DNA from: Yuukianura sp. NJ FZ-2021
Lineage: Eukaryota
Length of the DNA stretch: 64,000 bases
Reading direction: 5' to 3'
Assembly: GCA_046563655.1 (NCBI GenBank)
Contig: CM102284.1
Coordinates: 4,526,001-4,590,000 of the forward strand
Position 1 is the stretch's first letter. Each line of letters starts with the position of its first letter. The notes below the pieces were generated by a model, which had not been told where the DNA came from, made no database searches, and worked only from the letters and a program-made list of their open reading frames with translations. Below are positions 39,601 to 54,347 of this stretch, piece by piece. The position numbers were made by a program, and so were the translations under genes.

Positions 39601-42600
39601 TCTTGGAAGTTAAATTTCATAATGTAGCGAAAGCACTGTGTTGGTTTCCGTTAAATTTTTAACGTGTTATTCGGTAAAACGGGGATATTTCTTCCTTTTT
39701 ACTTCACTTTTTGGAATTCGAATTTTTAGTACAAGTTTTTGAAAATTCTTGGTTTTTTGGTTTTATTGACAAAAGTAATGATGCGTGTATGTGTAGAGGT
39801 TTTACACTTGACCCTTCCAGGAAGATTTCTTTTTAGAATTGGAATTGAATGGAGAATTTTTAGAGAAAAGGAGGGGGAAGTTTTGCGTGCTTTCACTTAT
39901 TGGATCCTTTTGTGTGCTCCTTGGAGACTCCGCTTTGTCCGAAATTCGGAGTGACCCCTGGACACGCGGGTAATAGAGGAGAAGATCCAATTGAGTCGCT
40001 TGGGTTCCATTTTCCAAGGAGATCATCCTCCTTCCGCCTTAATCTCCCTCTGGATCATGCAATTTCAAAGGACCAAATAACAAGGTTTTTCTGGACCAAT
40101 CCTTTTCTTTTTAAACTCCGAATTTTTTAAAGAAGAGCACGACAAAAACCTCCGGAATTTTGTAATAAAATAAAAGTCTGTCTCCAGTTGCCCGAAATTC
40201 GGATTTTGTGTCTCCTGGAGGAATTTCAAATTGGTCTACCTTCGCTTTTCTGGAGAAAAAGAGAGAAAGTGGACAAAACTGAAACTGTTTTTGTGTTATT
40301 GGAATTTTTGGAGTTCAATTTGTTTCTGTTCTTTTAAAAGAATTTAGCATGTGAATCCGCGCATTCCTTTTGTTGTAAAATTGTAGAAAAATTTTGTTTT
40401 TAAGAAAAAGCGATTTGGAATGGAAGAAGTTTTTTTTTTCGGAGGAATTTTGAAATACGGAAAAGAATACAAGTGAAAGTTTCGTTTTCTCTCGGTTTTC
40501 GTTATGATTGGCAACTGAAACGGAGGTTCAAGGGTCGATTATTCTTTTGTATTTTCATAATAAAAAATTGGTTGTGGTTCTTTTGTAGTAAAAGGCTGTT
40601 GAATGTGGATGTGGCTTCTGTCGTGTGAAAGGCATCATCTTTTCTATTGTTAGGTTCAAAACGGGGTGTCAAATACTTATGTTAGGGTGTGGATCACTCT
40701 TGTGTTATTATTGCTCTTAATCCGGACTCTCAAAACCAGTGTCAAAGTTCACCATTAGTTCCAATTCCAAAACGTGTCTTTTCAACTTTTTGTTTTCAAT
40801 TGACAATTAAGTTTACAAATTTTAGAAATTCCAAATTAATTTTTTGATGTACGGAAGAATAAAATGACTGTTACTTGAGTTCGTGAACATCAATGGGAAA
40901 GTAAACTGGCGTTTCCGAGTTGTACTATAAGGAGTTCACGTTAATTTGAGTTTTATCGGTGCAGAAGTGAAAATTTGGAGTTTCTGTTTAGCGGTTTGTG
41001 TGCAAGATGGAAGTCATACAAAATTGGAAACAACAGTTGAGCAGGAGTTGAAAGCCCTGCTTGAGGTTTTTTCAAGCTTCTGTAATCAATTGGAGCTCTG
41101 CAAGTGGGCTTTTAAATTGGGAAAATGACAAATGACCTCGTGTCACCAATTTCCGAGTGCCCACGAGGGAACGAGTGTCACAGGACGACTTGTAACGATC
41201 TTCACAAGGCCCTTTGTCACTGATCCTTTGTTAAACAGTACAGAGATGAATGTGATTATTTAATATGAACAATGGACATTTGATAGAGATCTGGCAGGCA
41301 TTTGTTCTCGCAGGACTACTGGTCACATCACACTTCCATCTTTACATTTGTAACTTTCACTCTAAACTTCATCTGAAGGGAATTTGTTATCTTTCAAATT
41401 CAGAGGTGATGCAACACCATTCAAAAATTAATTGAAAAATGTTGACGTTCACTAATGTAGTTCTATAGTTAAATGTGCCAAATGAGAGATGTAAATTTGA
41501 ATCTGCTGAGTTTGTTTTCGGTTTAAAATTGTCATGAAAAGTTGGATCCTGCAGGAGGTTGGATTTTTAGATTTTTTTAAACGAATAAAGTTAAAGAAGT
41601 TTAGAAGAGAGGTTACAGAAATGGCAAGAAATTGTAGGAACTTGGCATGTCACATTCCTTAACATTTTTATTCGAAACCAGCGTCAGCTCGTTGACCCGG
41701 TTGACCTTTGTCACTCAGACACAACTTTTAGCGCGTTTTCAGTTACAAAGTGTCAACTTGTCTTTTTTGGTTCATTGTGTTAACAATGGGAAAAGGTGTG
41801 GAGGGAGCCAGTCCAAAACGTGCCTTGGCTAATGGTTTTTGATTTCAGAAATTTTACACCGCTGAATACTAGTGGAAATGAATGGTGACAACTGAAATGA
41901 AATATTTGTCCAAAAGTTGCAAAAAATTTTAATTTGTGAAAATTTTCTCCACCACTTCTCTTCGTCTCAAGTAATTGAAATTGAAGTTGAGGGTGTGAAA
42001 AATTGGTGTTTTCGTTAGGAATTTTGTGTCTCGAATCAAAGATACATGCACAAACAACTGCCTTGATCTGGTATGCTGCTTGTGGCGAGAGAGAGTTATT
42101 TATGTGGCGTATAAATTGTAATGTTCTCAGGTGACAAATGGGAACGACATTCGGAACTTAAATGAGCATAAATCATATTTTTAGAGATTTATGGGAGCGA
42201 TACTGCAGAGGAGGAGGTGGTGGTGGTTGTTTGAACTAGGAACCAAGAAATGATGGCCGACAGAGCAGGAAGTATTGATTTAAAAGAGAAAGTTTTTGGC
42301 GGGGAAAGGCTTAGGGTTGAGTTTTTGAAATTAATTCTTGAGTAATATCAAAAGGATTGAGTGAACATCAAATGCAAAGAAGAACTTACTGAAGGCCGGG
42401 GGCCTTGTTTTTTAAAAAAAATGTCACATGGGGTTGCTGCAGGCAGACAGACTTCGTTCACAACGTTTTTTTAAACAGAAATTTTAAACCGGAGCGCGGT
42501 GACCTTTGGAGTGAAAGGATGAAGGGGGTCTTCGCTTCGTTGATTTTGAATAGCCGAATAATAGGTAATGCTAAATCAGCCTTACGATCCATGTGTCCCT

Positions 42601-45600
42601 GCGACTCAATTTGTCTCTGGCTTGATCCATGCACCTAGGGCTCCTCAAAACCTGCGGGGGGAAAACCATTGCTTTTTGGAAACTAAAAAGTTGGAAAACG
42701 ACGAATTTTGACTCTTGAAATAACGATGAAAAGGCTTTGAAATGGAACGGGCGCGGTGACTGTGAAAGTGAAAAACATTCATGTTAGGGAAAATTTGTAA
42801 GCGTTTTCATGTTTTCATAAAAGTGAAAGTTTGAGGCTTTTTGGAAATTGAAAATTTTGGAAACTGTCATGTCCAGCGTTATTCTAAAAAGTGCTACGCA
42901 GTCCGAGTTATTTTTCCAGTGAAGCGTGGGGGTGAAGTGGGTGAGGGGTAGTAGGAGAGGGGTCTTTGACAAGCTTTTCTGGAGCTGACTGGAGGATTCG
43001 AACTCACAGCTACTTTCGGTTGAATGACTTTGTCGTCTCTCCCTTATGTAAGTAGAGGGACATCATCATGATCATGAGCATGACAAACCCCGGGAATATT
43101 TACTTACATGAATTGGTTTTTTATAGAGTCCAACTTTACTCTTTTTCAATTCAGATTTTGAGAGTACAACAGTTTCCTTTGTGTAAGAGCATGATTATCC
43201 CCCCTTCAGATTTTCCAGATCTATTATCATTTCAAATCTGTAAATGCTCTCTCTCTCCATTTCGCAAAGTCCTATTTTTCAGTTGAATTCAAAAGAAGAA
43301 AATGATCTGAAATAAAGTTCCCCCTCTCTTTCTCTCCGAATTCGGAGTATTACCCGGGTATTAGAAAATACAATGACATTTTTGTGTCCTCCTCTGGAAA
43401 GTTTTTGTGAAAGCGGGAAAGGGGTTCAGGGATCAAGTTCATGGAAGGCATTTACCAGCCAAAGTCTTTTTTGAATCAGAGAGGCGGATGATAGTGGAAC
43501 ACAATGGACTAATGTCAACGTGAATGTTTGAACAAGAACAGTTAGTAATGCTTGGCCGCATCAATTGTTTTGGACTATTGTACTTTTTTTCAACAACTTT
43601 TTCAGAAAAGTTTAAATCTTTGTCAATTTGCATTGCAACTGTTCATGGGAGGGACTGTTTTCCTTACTTTCCCCTCGGACTTTACTTAATTGTAATGTAA
43701 TAACTGTTTGCGTGTTTAGAAAACGCTGCGTTGGATTCAAAAATCTCGAAATGCATTTTCGTGTCAGAGATTGTTGATTTTTTTTCTTTGGTTTTTTGGA
43801 AAAGTAACTTTACTGATTCTAGAACTCCTGAAAAGATGGATTGTTCGTGTTGCAGTGCACGAATTTTGAAAAGTACGTTTGTTGCGGGGCTGATAACGAC
43901 TGCTAAGCGGTGGTGACAAGTGACACGGTTAGGTTTTAGATTGATGTTAGACGGTGAAAGTGAGCTATGGCCCTATGACAAGGTAGAGGTTAACGAGGCG
44001 GTGGATTTGTTAGATTAATGTTGAATTCGAAATTTTAAAATGTAGTTTTTTGAAGTTTTACCTATAGGTGAGATTGGTGAAAGTTAACAAAGGCTTTTGT
44101 TGCTTTGTCACGACGGAACAAGTAGATAAGTTTTGTATAAGTTAATTTTAAAACAGGCAAATCTCTGATTAAGTACCACTTGCACTCTTGATACTTTTTT
44201 TTGCTTAAATTGTGCAATTCACGAACACAGTTGAAAAAAAGTGACACGAGATCGGTTTGACACGCTAACGTACGCAACACATTTCGTGTTGTACTGGGTC
44301 GATATCTAAATCTGTGATAGTCCAACGCGGTACATAAGTGCAAATATTTCTGAAAATTGAAATTTATTTTGTGTTTATGTTTTTTGAAGCTTTTTTATGT
44401 TTTTTTTTTGTTTGAAATGTTCTTCTGTTTAAGTTTGAAAAGAGTAGGATTATCAAGTTTCGTTTGAATGAAAATGGTGGGACAAGGGCCATCTCGGTTT
44501 CGAAATGGCTCGGAAGTGTCATCGGAAATTACGATAATGGAACCGACGGTAACGTAGGATTCGGAATAAGTTAACGTCCGAAAACAAGAGATCTAAACGA
44601 GGTCATAATTCCTAATAAAAGCGTCACAACGAACGGTTATGTCTCTACCACCACAAACACATCCTTGGGAGGGGGCTTCAAAAGATGTCCACGAAAACAG
44701 AGATGCAAAACGATCCTCTTTTCAAATAAATTTCAAAAGGAAATGGCTTTATTTTGAAATTTGAAAAGAGTTAAGACGAAAGGTTAACATTTTACGGTAG
44801 ATTTTTGTTCCTTCCTGCAAGTTTTTCCGAAGAAAATGTGGACGACTTTTCTCTTTTCCCGTTTTTCTCAACCTGAATCCTCTCAAATGCTCAAATCCTA
44901 TTGAATTTAACTTTTTCTTTTCAAAACTTAAGGAGCTTAGAGTTAGAATTTTTTCGATAGGAGACTTGGATTTTTCCAGATTTTTTTTTTTGAAAATACG
45001 TGTCTCATTTTAAGTGGAACCAAGAAAAGAGTTCCAGTCCCAGTTGACTTTTTTGGAAATCAAAATTCATGTCACGGGGGAAGTAGATTGTGTTCGGTTG
45101 TCCTTTTTAACACTTTGTCACCGTCTTTTTTGTTCAGGAAGAAAATTTGAATGAAATTGCTATTGTGGAAAATGTGACTAGAATTCTAAAAAGTGTTGGT
45201 TTTTGGTGAGGTGACATTTTGGCAATTCCATTTGTTCAAAGAAAAAACTTTTTCGTTTTTTGAATGTTGAAACAACATTTTTGTTGCGTTAGTTGGGCAA
45301 ATTAGGAGTTTCGGAAAGTGTTATAATCTTGGGCGATGAAGGTGTCACGTCAGCTACAATTGGTGACACGCTGTAAATTATTAGCACTCCGCCTTTTATG
45401 TTTAGGTTAAGGTGTTGTCAGGATCTTAATTTTCGAGAACTGTGTCACTGTCCAAAATGGGAAATGAAAATGTGTTCAAAATTTCGAAATTTTGGTGCTT
45501 AAGCTTCGTATTAACGTGTTACTTTTGACTGACTTTTGAAGCAGCTTGGTAACGCATCGTTTACAAGAGCGTGACCAGGAGTGTGAAGGCTTTTATAAAG

Positions 45601-48577
45601 TTTCTTTTTGAATAAATTCTGCAACTTTTGTAAGATTTGTAACTTGTGTTATGTGTTAAGAGGACGAGTGTTAAAGGGGTGGGAGAGGAGTAAGTGTGAA
45701 CAGGGCTTAACAAATGATTTAATGTCTCCATTCCTTAGGATCTGTTGTTAGTCTAAGTAATTCAAGGACTGAGAAATGCGAGGAATGTTTGTATGGGGTA
45801 GAGGTAATAGATCTCTTCGGAGCCAAGATGACATCAGATCACCTTTTGTCTTTAGGAGTAAATAAGGGACTTGGCCCAGCCGCTGTCAAGGCTTTGGCTA
45901 AGAAACTTTGGGAGCTCGGAAGAAACTAGTTTGAATTTATTACATTTTTATGCTAGTGACTACCAAGAGGCGAAGATGATGTTGGAGGATGGGATTCCAG
46001 GTTGGTTTTTGGCTTAGGAGAAACCATTTAGAAGACACAAACGACCTGCAGCTTGAGGATTTATTTATGATCTCCCTCCTTGGGAAATTTGTTGAAACAT
46101 GTGTAACTCTTTCACTTCGGGTCGCTTGTCGCTTCCATTTATTTCACCTATCCGTTTTTAACCTTGTCTTCCCTTAGTTTGTTAGTTTTTGTTAGCTTTG
46201 GCAAGACTCTGCTGTTTCTGGGATGGCGGTATTGATGGATTTTTGGATTTTGAAAAGAGGCGCTGAGGAAACGTTGTTAGGCTTTAGAAGATCTCTAGTT
46301 TCATCACTCCAGTCAAATCATTTGAATCTGTCCTCATCTTACATGGATCTTTTGCTACCTGAGATCCTTGTTAATTTTGTAGTGAAAGTTGAAATGCGGC
46401 GTTCTTGCCAAATTGTAGCGCCCATTTGCATTTCAACTTACTTTCTCCTGGCATAGTTCCCTTCATCACCACGGCGTTGCCTTGGAAACCTTTGAAGTTC
46501 AGCCGCTCATCTGATCTTCATTGGGAAAAAATTTAGGAAAAAAAAATCGGATCAAACCCCCTTTCACTGCTTTCTCTTCGTCATCAAAATAGTTTTTATA
46601 AAATCATGTAGATTTTGTTGGCTCCTCCATTTTTAAAAGAGTTTCATTTTTGAAATTTTGAGTGTACAGACAGGGAGTAACTACGGTAACTTGGGACTTG
46701 TTGGAATTGGAAATGAAAGTGATGAATTTATTCATTCGAGAGAGGCCATTTTGAAGGGGGGATGGCCTCAATTGGATGCTCTTCGCTGTCTCTGCCTATG
46801 AACTGTGCATGACCAAATCATCATTTTGGAAGAGCCAAGAGAAATCCCTATGAATATTTCATGGACCTCCAGCAGCAGGAAGAAAAAAAGCTGCTGGAGC
46901 GTGTGGAGCTTTCTCCATGGTAGTAACGAGTAACTTTGGAGAGGAAGAGGCGAGGCGGGAGATGATGGGTGGATGTCCGGGATCGCATGGGGGAGGAGGG
47001 AGAGGGGCATTTGCAAGTCAAATGTAATGAAAATGTTATTAGTTGAGGGAGAAAGTAACATAGTGTGGGTCCGAGAAAAGTTCTGGAGTTGGCAGGGGAA
47101 AAGCCTTTATTCTTTTTTTCTTAACTGAACTACGCTGCTGTTAGCTGTAGGCTCCGCCTCCTTCCAAAGGACGGAGGAGACCAATAATAAAATTCTGGTC
47201 CAGCGCGCACTCGGATTCTGCTTATATCTTTCTCCGGTCGCAAACTAAGAGAGATCTGCTGCACGTTCGGGAAAAAGTTCGGAGAAAGTCGTGGAGAAAG
47301 GAAAAAATGAAAGTCAAAAAATGAAAAAGAACACAAAACCAAAGTTGACTTGTTTGAAATATTTGAAATATTTTTGATGTGAAATGTGGCTTTCTCTCCG
47401 TAACTTTCTCTGTTTGGGAAACAAGGCGGTGGAAAATGTTAGTATGACAGGCCTAACGTAACAAAAGGCAGGGAGATGATGATCTTTATTTTTCTGGGTC
47501 GGATGCACATTGGTCAAAGGGAGAGAACGTAAGGTCGGCCTCTATTTTCCATTTATTTATCCACTTCCTCTGTGTCTTTTCACTCCAATTTTCCATTTTC
47601 ACTGATGTTCTTCCGTGTGTGTGGACGAAGAATCAAAAATGACGTAAAAATCCACGCGTCGTATAATGCAATGCCGGTTCAAAAAATTTGTCTCAATTTT
47701 ATCGTTCTTCAAATAGAATTTCTCCTAGATTCCTCTTCAAATTCTTTCGTAAGTCAAGCAGTTTTGTGGTGCTGATTGGTGATTAGGATTGTGAGGTGCC
47801 AGAGACACCAGAATGAAAGAAAATTCCGTATCTATTGTTGCAGTAAAAGATTTAGCCACTAAAGTTCCTACCGAGTGTTTCATTACCCCCCGTAAAAATT
47901 TTCTCTTGGGTGGGGAGTAAATTCCTTTAAAGCGTGGGTGGTCCAATGCTGTGAGATGGGGGAAAGGACTAAAAATTCGTAAAATTTAGAAAATTATCTA
48001 ATTAAAATTACTAGGGGGCTTGAAACACTCGGTAGGTTTAGTCATATGAAGTACTTAAACGGTATATTTTTGGCTTTGGCTCAAGCTGGAAGCTGAGGTG
48101 GTCTAAATGGCCTGTCTCTAAAAGTGTCAGCTAACATCCACAGGAGTGGCGTGTCAAAGAAGGTCATAATGCGATTAGATACTTTTTCGAAACGTGAATT
48201 TTAAATGCACATCTCTGGATCTTCCTTTTGACTTCGAAGGGCCTTAGAGAGATCTTGTCTTTGGGGATTTAAGATTTTTGGACGAGGCTTAAGGAAGGCG
48301 TGTTGTGCTCAAGTGCACATCCATGTCCAGTAGCTGAAGCGAGGATAAGCGATTTGTCATGCCTCACCACCTGAACACACTTTGACAACGGAATTATTCT
48401 TTGGTCTGACAAAAGTCTAACAAAGGGAGCTTCAAATCCCAGCCTCCCTTTGTTCCTCTTCTGGAGTGGACCAAGTGCACCTTAACGTGGCTTTTTCAGA
48501 AGCACGAACTTGGATTTCGAACGGCCAGAAATGAAAAAGAGAAAAAGTCAGGGTTTCTTGAAGGTTTTTGAGGAGTT

Positions 48578-50146
48578 CTTTGATGTGGAGGGAGGCTTAA
48601 GAAAATTTGAGAAAAAGTTTCACCTATTAATAGGAATCTTTGATCAGTTTAATTTGGAAGAAAGTGGAGAAAGTTTATCGATTAGAAAAGTTGGAGGCAG
48701 AGGGATTTTGAAGTGAGCGCCAGAAGAAAGCAAATAAGTTTGAAGTAATTTTTGTTTGAAGTTTTGTTCATGACGAGGTTTAGGCTGCTTGCTAGGAGAT
48801 GGAAGGAAAGGCATGACTTTCTCTTCAGTATTGACATGGTCGTTTCTCCCCATTTAATTTGATCCTAGTTATTTTATTCTCTGTTCTTATTTGTACTCCG
48901 TTTTTTAATATTTTCAAAAGTTCTGTGCAGCATCTCTCTTCTAGTTTTTTTCTGCTAGGGGAGCTCTGGGATGAGAATTTGTAGATTCAGAGTTCGTTGG
49001 AGAAGAGAAAGCGGCAAAAGTACAGAGAGAAAGAGGAGAGGGGCACGCGCCAGAGTCGTAGCAAATCAGATTGGGACGCCTGGAACCTCCGAAGGCACCG
49101 CCTTTGATCTTTTACCGACAGTCGCTTTCTCCCTTCAAAACCCCATTAAATAATCCCCCTCTTCTCTCTCTCTTCAGCTCCAGCTTTTTCTGGAAGAGCT
49201 GGAGAGAGTTAGACTGCATCGTTGCTAAAAAACCGGGCACTGGAATGGAACTCAGAGAAAGTGGAATTTGAAATGAATTTGGAATCGGACGCTGGACTTT
49301 TTGGTCCAGGCGTCCATTTCGACCTCGGAAAACTGGAAATTCGACGTCTACTCCAGATTCAGTAACCAGACGCTTTTGAACGGCAATGATGGACCGTAGA
49401 ATGCATTTTCAGTAAGAGTTACGTGTTTCGATAAAGGTTAAGGCTAGTGACCGTCCAGCAGTGACCGTCCAAAAGAGTCCGGGAATCTTTAGGCTCTTGC
49501 TTTTTAGGCTGGAATTACTGTAGGTTTCCTTGGAACCAAGTCCTGCTGCTCTGACGCTCTTTTGAAAGAGAAAGTTGGCCGTAGCGATTTTAAGGAGAAA
49601 GTGTTTTTGGCGGGGAAAGTACTCGCACAGTGCAGCACTAGAGAGAGGGACTGATGATGTTGTTAGGGATTAGAAAACTGGGCAGCAAAGCAGCAAAGGA
49701 GAAAGTTTCCATTTCAAAGGAAAGTTTTTTGGCGGGGAAATTGTGTGCCGAAATTCGTTTGGTTCTGCTGGCGACGGAGTGCGTGATTTCCCCTCCTTTT
49801 TCTGCTCTCTGATGAGATTGTCTTCTGTGGATGCTGCCAGTGCTGGCGGCTTTCTCCTTTTTTAGAAAAGACTCATTAGAAGACGAGCTGCATAATGATG
49901 ATGACAGAGAACAGGCTTAAACAAACATTAAAGGCAGCAGCAGGGAGAAACGACTTTCATTTTGTACTTTTCCGTCTTCCTTGAGTCCAATTTCGAATAT
50001 TTTTACACTCCCGGGCTTTCTTATAAACGGGAAATTTTCAAAATGGAGGCAGTAGATACAGGTCCAGTGATGCTGAGCCTGTTGCGGGACAGGGAGCTTC
50101 ATCTTTTTTGAAATCCTTTGATGTTGAGTAGAAAGCCGCCTTGATG
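48578..50146 (+). promoter_or_regulatory. Candidate intronic enhancer or internal promoter with TCF sites
   Basis: CTTTGATG 48578, CTTTGATC 48638, CCTTTGATC 49101, CCTTTGATG 50115, GCCGCC 50135, GA-rich tracts and two TTTTTGGCGGGGAAA motifs; motif-level evidence only. Confidence 0.35.
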
Positions 50147-50900
50147 TTCCTGCATGCCCTGCGTGTCTCTAATGAATATCTTCAAATATTTACTAAAAGA
50201 CTGTGATGAACCGGGGAGTTTATTTGCAATATTGCAAAAGACAGCAGGTTGAACATCTCGAGTGTTCGCGGCGTCTTTAGTTTTTACCCTGGGCTCAGAT
50301 TTTGAAAAAGTTGAAGTAATTGTAATTGTTTTGCAAGGGATTGTTTGGTATACACAATGTTTTTGAGTACTTGGTGAAATTGTTGGGGAGTACTTGACTC
50401 TTTTGCAGAGTACTTTTAGAGTCATTGTGTTCCTCAGTGGCAGCTGTCACGATAGTGCTGGGATAAGATCCTCTGGAAGCTATTATGATCTCTGTATGGA
50501 GTAGTTAGTTCACCTTTTGACGAAATTATGAGAGCCATTCTCTCCTATTGGGAAATGTTAGGCTAACCTGTTTTTGTTAGGCTAGGGGAAAATGAAATCC
50601 AATGGGGACAACAAACAGCGGATGACAGAGAGCACATGGCTCTCTCCTTTGAAGATTGGAATCTGACAAATGAAAGAGCATGGATCTTCTCGAATCTGAA
50701 GAGGACACACTTTGGACAATCATTTTTCATTGAGATACTGATCTGTCTCTGTTGGAGTCTGCATATGGCATAAGCGTCCATTGTTGTGATCTGTTCTTTA
50801 TCTGATCGCATCTTGAACGAGAGAATTCAGATGACAATCTTGATCATGTTTGACGTAGTTTTCATCCCGGGAGCCCTTGACTATTAGTTTGGTCCAGAGA

Positions 50901-50961
50901 TCTGAAATATTACTCTGGAAATCTGAAATGTTCTGAAATATTAGTCTGGAAATCTGAAATG
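50901..50961. repeat. 31-bp-period tandem duplication (TCTGAAATATTA[C/G]TCTGGAAATCTGAAATG)
   Basis: Two copies, 50901-50930 and 50932-50961, with one mismatch. Confidence 0.9.
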
Positions 50962-53900
50962 ATCTCAAATGTTAGTTGAGAAAATTGAAATGTAGCAACA
51001 GTGACAAAGTTTCCCACTGTTTTGCTTGCTGTGCTGTGACAGATCGACAGAAGTTGCAAAATATGAGGACCCTTGGTAATTAACTATTATTTTGGAAGGG
51101 GGTACTTCGAATGAGGGCCCTGATCCATTTAGAGAACCGGATTTAGAGATAGGAGACTCAAATGGAAACTTTTGACAAAAAAGCACTTAGACTTGAAGGG
51201 TCACCTTGGTTTTAGGCCTGTTTGTGAAGGGGGTCCTTTGCGAAGTGCTGATTTTAATCTGGTTGTCGTTTGGGAGAGGAGTGTGGACCAAAATGGCCCT
51301 GATCATTGTCCTCACTTTTTAGCTTGGATAACTCTGTACTGCTGATCTTACATAATAGTTCATTATTCGTGATTAAACTAAATGCTGAGGATTATGTTGG
51401 GTTGGCGAGAGTCCTATTGTTTCCTTTGTTGTTTTGTCTCCATTCCTAATGCATTTCCTTGTTCAACTCCCCATTAGTTCTCGGCCACTCAATTCTACTT
51501 AATCATGGAAATGGACTTTTGGACAGAACGACATTAAGTCAGCAATACATAGAACAAAATCGGTTAAAACCAGCATTACAAGAACTAAAAAGCTAAAACT
51601 ATATTTGGAATACCAGCGGAGGTCAAAGGCTAGGCCTCGTATTTAAAAACTTATGCTGCGTGAAGTAAAATTTTCCGGTTTATTCCACTATTCCTGAAAG
51701 TTTAATTTTAACTCCATTGAAAACAAACGAGAATTCGAACCAATCTCGAAAACTTAGAAGAAAGTTAGGCAATTCAGTCATTACAGTCAACCCTCTTGTG
51801 CTCTTTTACAATTGAACTAAATTTTGGGGCTGGAATGTTCAGAATCGCTTTGGTTATGGTGGCATAACCTAAACTAACTTAAGAATCCAGCTCCAGCATC
51901 GCTTGACTTCCACCTCGAGCGCTGTTCCTTTGACACTTTGTGTTACTTGTCTCGAAGGCATGTTGGAGAAAACTGGAAATGATGGATTGAACAAATAGAA
52001 AATAAGGAAAAGGAAATGTTGGTGAAAGGGGAGGTCTTTTGTTTTTGGAATAAACTTCCTTGACGCTGATTTCGAAGATTGGTGGTGGTGGTGGTTTTGG
52101 TTCTGGAGAATAACCAAAATATCGACTAAGGTTATCGACTAGTCCTTTTGCCAGTTCTCCACTTGTCCCTAGGAGCAACCTCATCCGCTACGCTCCGTTG
52201 GCTGGAAAATGTTGATCGAGATGGAAGTTTTTCTCAGAAGTTGTCAAATGCACTAAAGCCACTTTCAGAACACCTCGCAGAGGGGGCACTTGGACCTGCA
52301 CGAGGCAAGGCTATGCTCTATGCTAGGCTGGAACCTAGAAACCAAGTTTTTCGAAAAAGAAAAAATTCAAATCCGAAATTCTGGATTTGAGCAGAGAGAC
52401 AGCTTTCTCTGGCTTTATTTTTTGATAAGGCTAAGCAGTTTGTTGCAGAAAACGGCTCACGTTTTTTAAAAAAAGAGAAAGAGGAAATGGAAACTTGATT
52501 CAGTCAGCAAGAAGATGATTTTGAGTACCACTCTGTGTGTTTTGTGGAAAAAGGAAATTTTTTAGTGTTCTTTAGCGTAGGAACCGGAGAACTCTCTTTT
52601 CAATTTCCATTGTAAATTACATTCACGAAGGAACAGGAATTCGGCTGTAAGTCTCCAAGTCTAAGATTTTTGAGTGAAAGTGAAATTTAGGAAACGCCGG
52701 GGAATGTAATTTGGAGGAAGCGGCGTAGCGGAGAAAGTGGAAGTGAAAGGAATCTCGTCCTTTTTTGCATTATTCTCCATTTTAATTTAGCTGCTTTCAG
52801 TTTTTCAAGTAAATAGTGAAGGAGGAAGATGAAAATTTTCTAGCATTTTATTCCTATTAATTTCTTTTCTTTTTATTCTTTTCCCTATTCTCTCCTATGT
52901 CTTCCTTATAACTTTCAAAAAGTGTACAGAATTGAAGAATTTGACTTTGGCGGGAGTAACTATTCTGCGTATAACTTCATCTTGAAGGAAGCAGTGGACC
53001 GAAACGGGCCTTTGGTTCACTGAAGCTTTCACTTCATTCATACTTTCTCCAATTCACTGCGCTTCCTTTCCTCTCTTCCTTCAGTTTCAAATGGAACATT
53101 ATTAAGATTCTGGAATGAAAAGGAGAGCTCAATTCCCATCGGAGTTTTGCTTTTCCCGGGTTTATTTTCAAGTATATGGGGAAAGGCGGGAATCTGGCTT
53201 TCTTCCATGCATCAGCATGTGGAACCATGTTCAACTTCACTTTTTTGAGAATTGAGATCAATTATGTCACATGACTTAACTAGTCTAATTCCATTCTCAT
53301 CATGGTCGGATGAGAGTTTTCAATTGAATTTTCAACTTTCTCCCTCTCTCTCTGGTCCATTCAGATTTTGAAAACGAGTTTCCGCTTCTCCAGTCCCTCC
53401 TGAATAGCTAATTGCAGGAAGTTAGGAAAGTGGAGCTTTTCAAGAAATTTCATGAGTTGCATTAAAGTATGAGCAGGCAGGCATTACTTATTCATCTTCA
53501 TCGAAATTGTAAAGTAATGACGGAAATTGAAATTTTAGGTAATCTCAATCCTACTGGGAGGGAATAATGCCTAATTAGGCAATTTTTGAAGTTGAAGTGG
53601 TCCAGGATTGAAGTTTTTTTTATACGACGATGTTCTTGTTAAGTTCTCATGGGAGATGCTGTACTGTCGTAAGACTTGTTAGGAATGTGTTCTCCAGGGA
53701 GATTGGACGTAATGCATCTCCGAGGTGTGAAAAATGAAGTAGAGTTACCACCTTGGATGAAAAAGTGAAAGATGATGAGCCTGAGTCTGTTCGAGGTGTG
53801 GCCGTAGGCCTTTTAGGGCTCTGTCAGCCTAATTATTATGCATTCACTTCCCTGCGCAAAGTCATTGTCTTTTTGTAACGTGAAGTATGCATGAAGGAAT

Positions 53901-54347
53901 CTAAGGAGGTTCGTTGGATGTTGGAAGTCTTAAGTGGGAAATTGCTAATCATCTTCCTACTTTCGTTCCTTTGACAAGCCAAGAAAGCAAATAGCCTCAG
54001 GCGTTTTAAAGTTTCGGAGCAAGAAAAAAATCAAAAGAAAAAATGTTTTTAAGTCTTGTTCCGAGAAAGTTCTTGGGAAATAAACTGGAAAAGTTCTTTT
54101 CCAGTTTTGTTTTTGAAAGTTGTTGTTTTTTTCTTGGAAACTTTAAATTCAAAATTTTCCGGGTGAAAGTTTACTATTTTCCTTTTCGGAGAAGAGAAAA
54201 CAAAACTGAACTGAACCTAAAGAAGTTTTGAGTTGCCATTAATGTAATTTGGGATCGTTACCGGACAAGAACCTTGTACTATATTAGTTATGGATTTAAA
54301 AAACTTAGGAAATTTTCTAAATGACTTTCTTGTTTGAAATTTTATAG

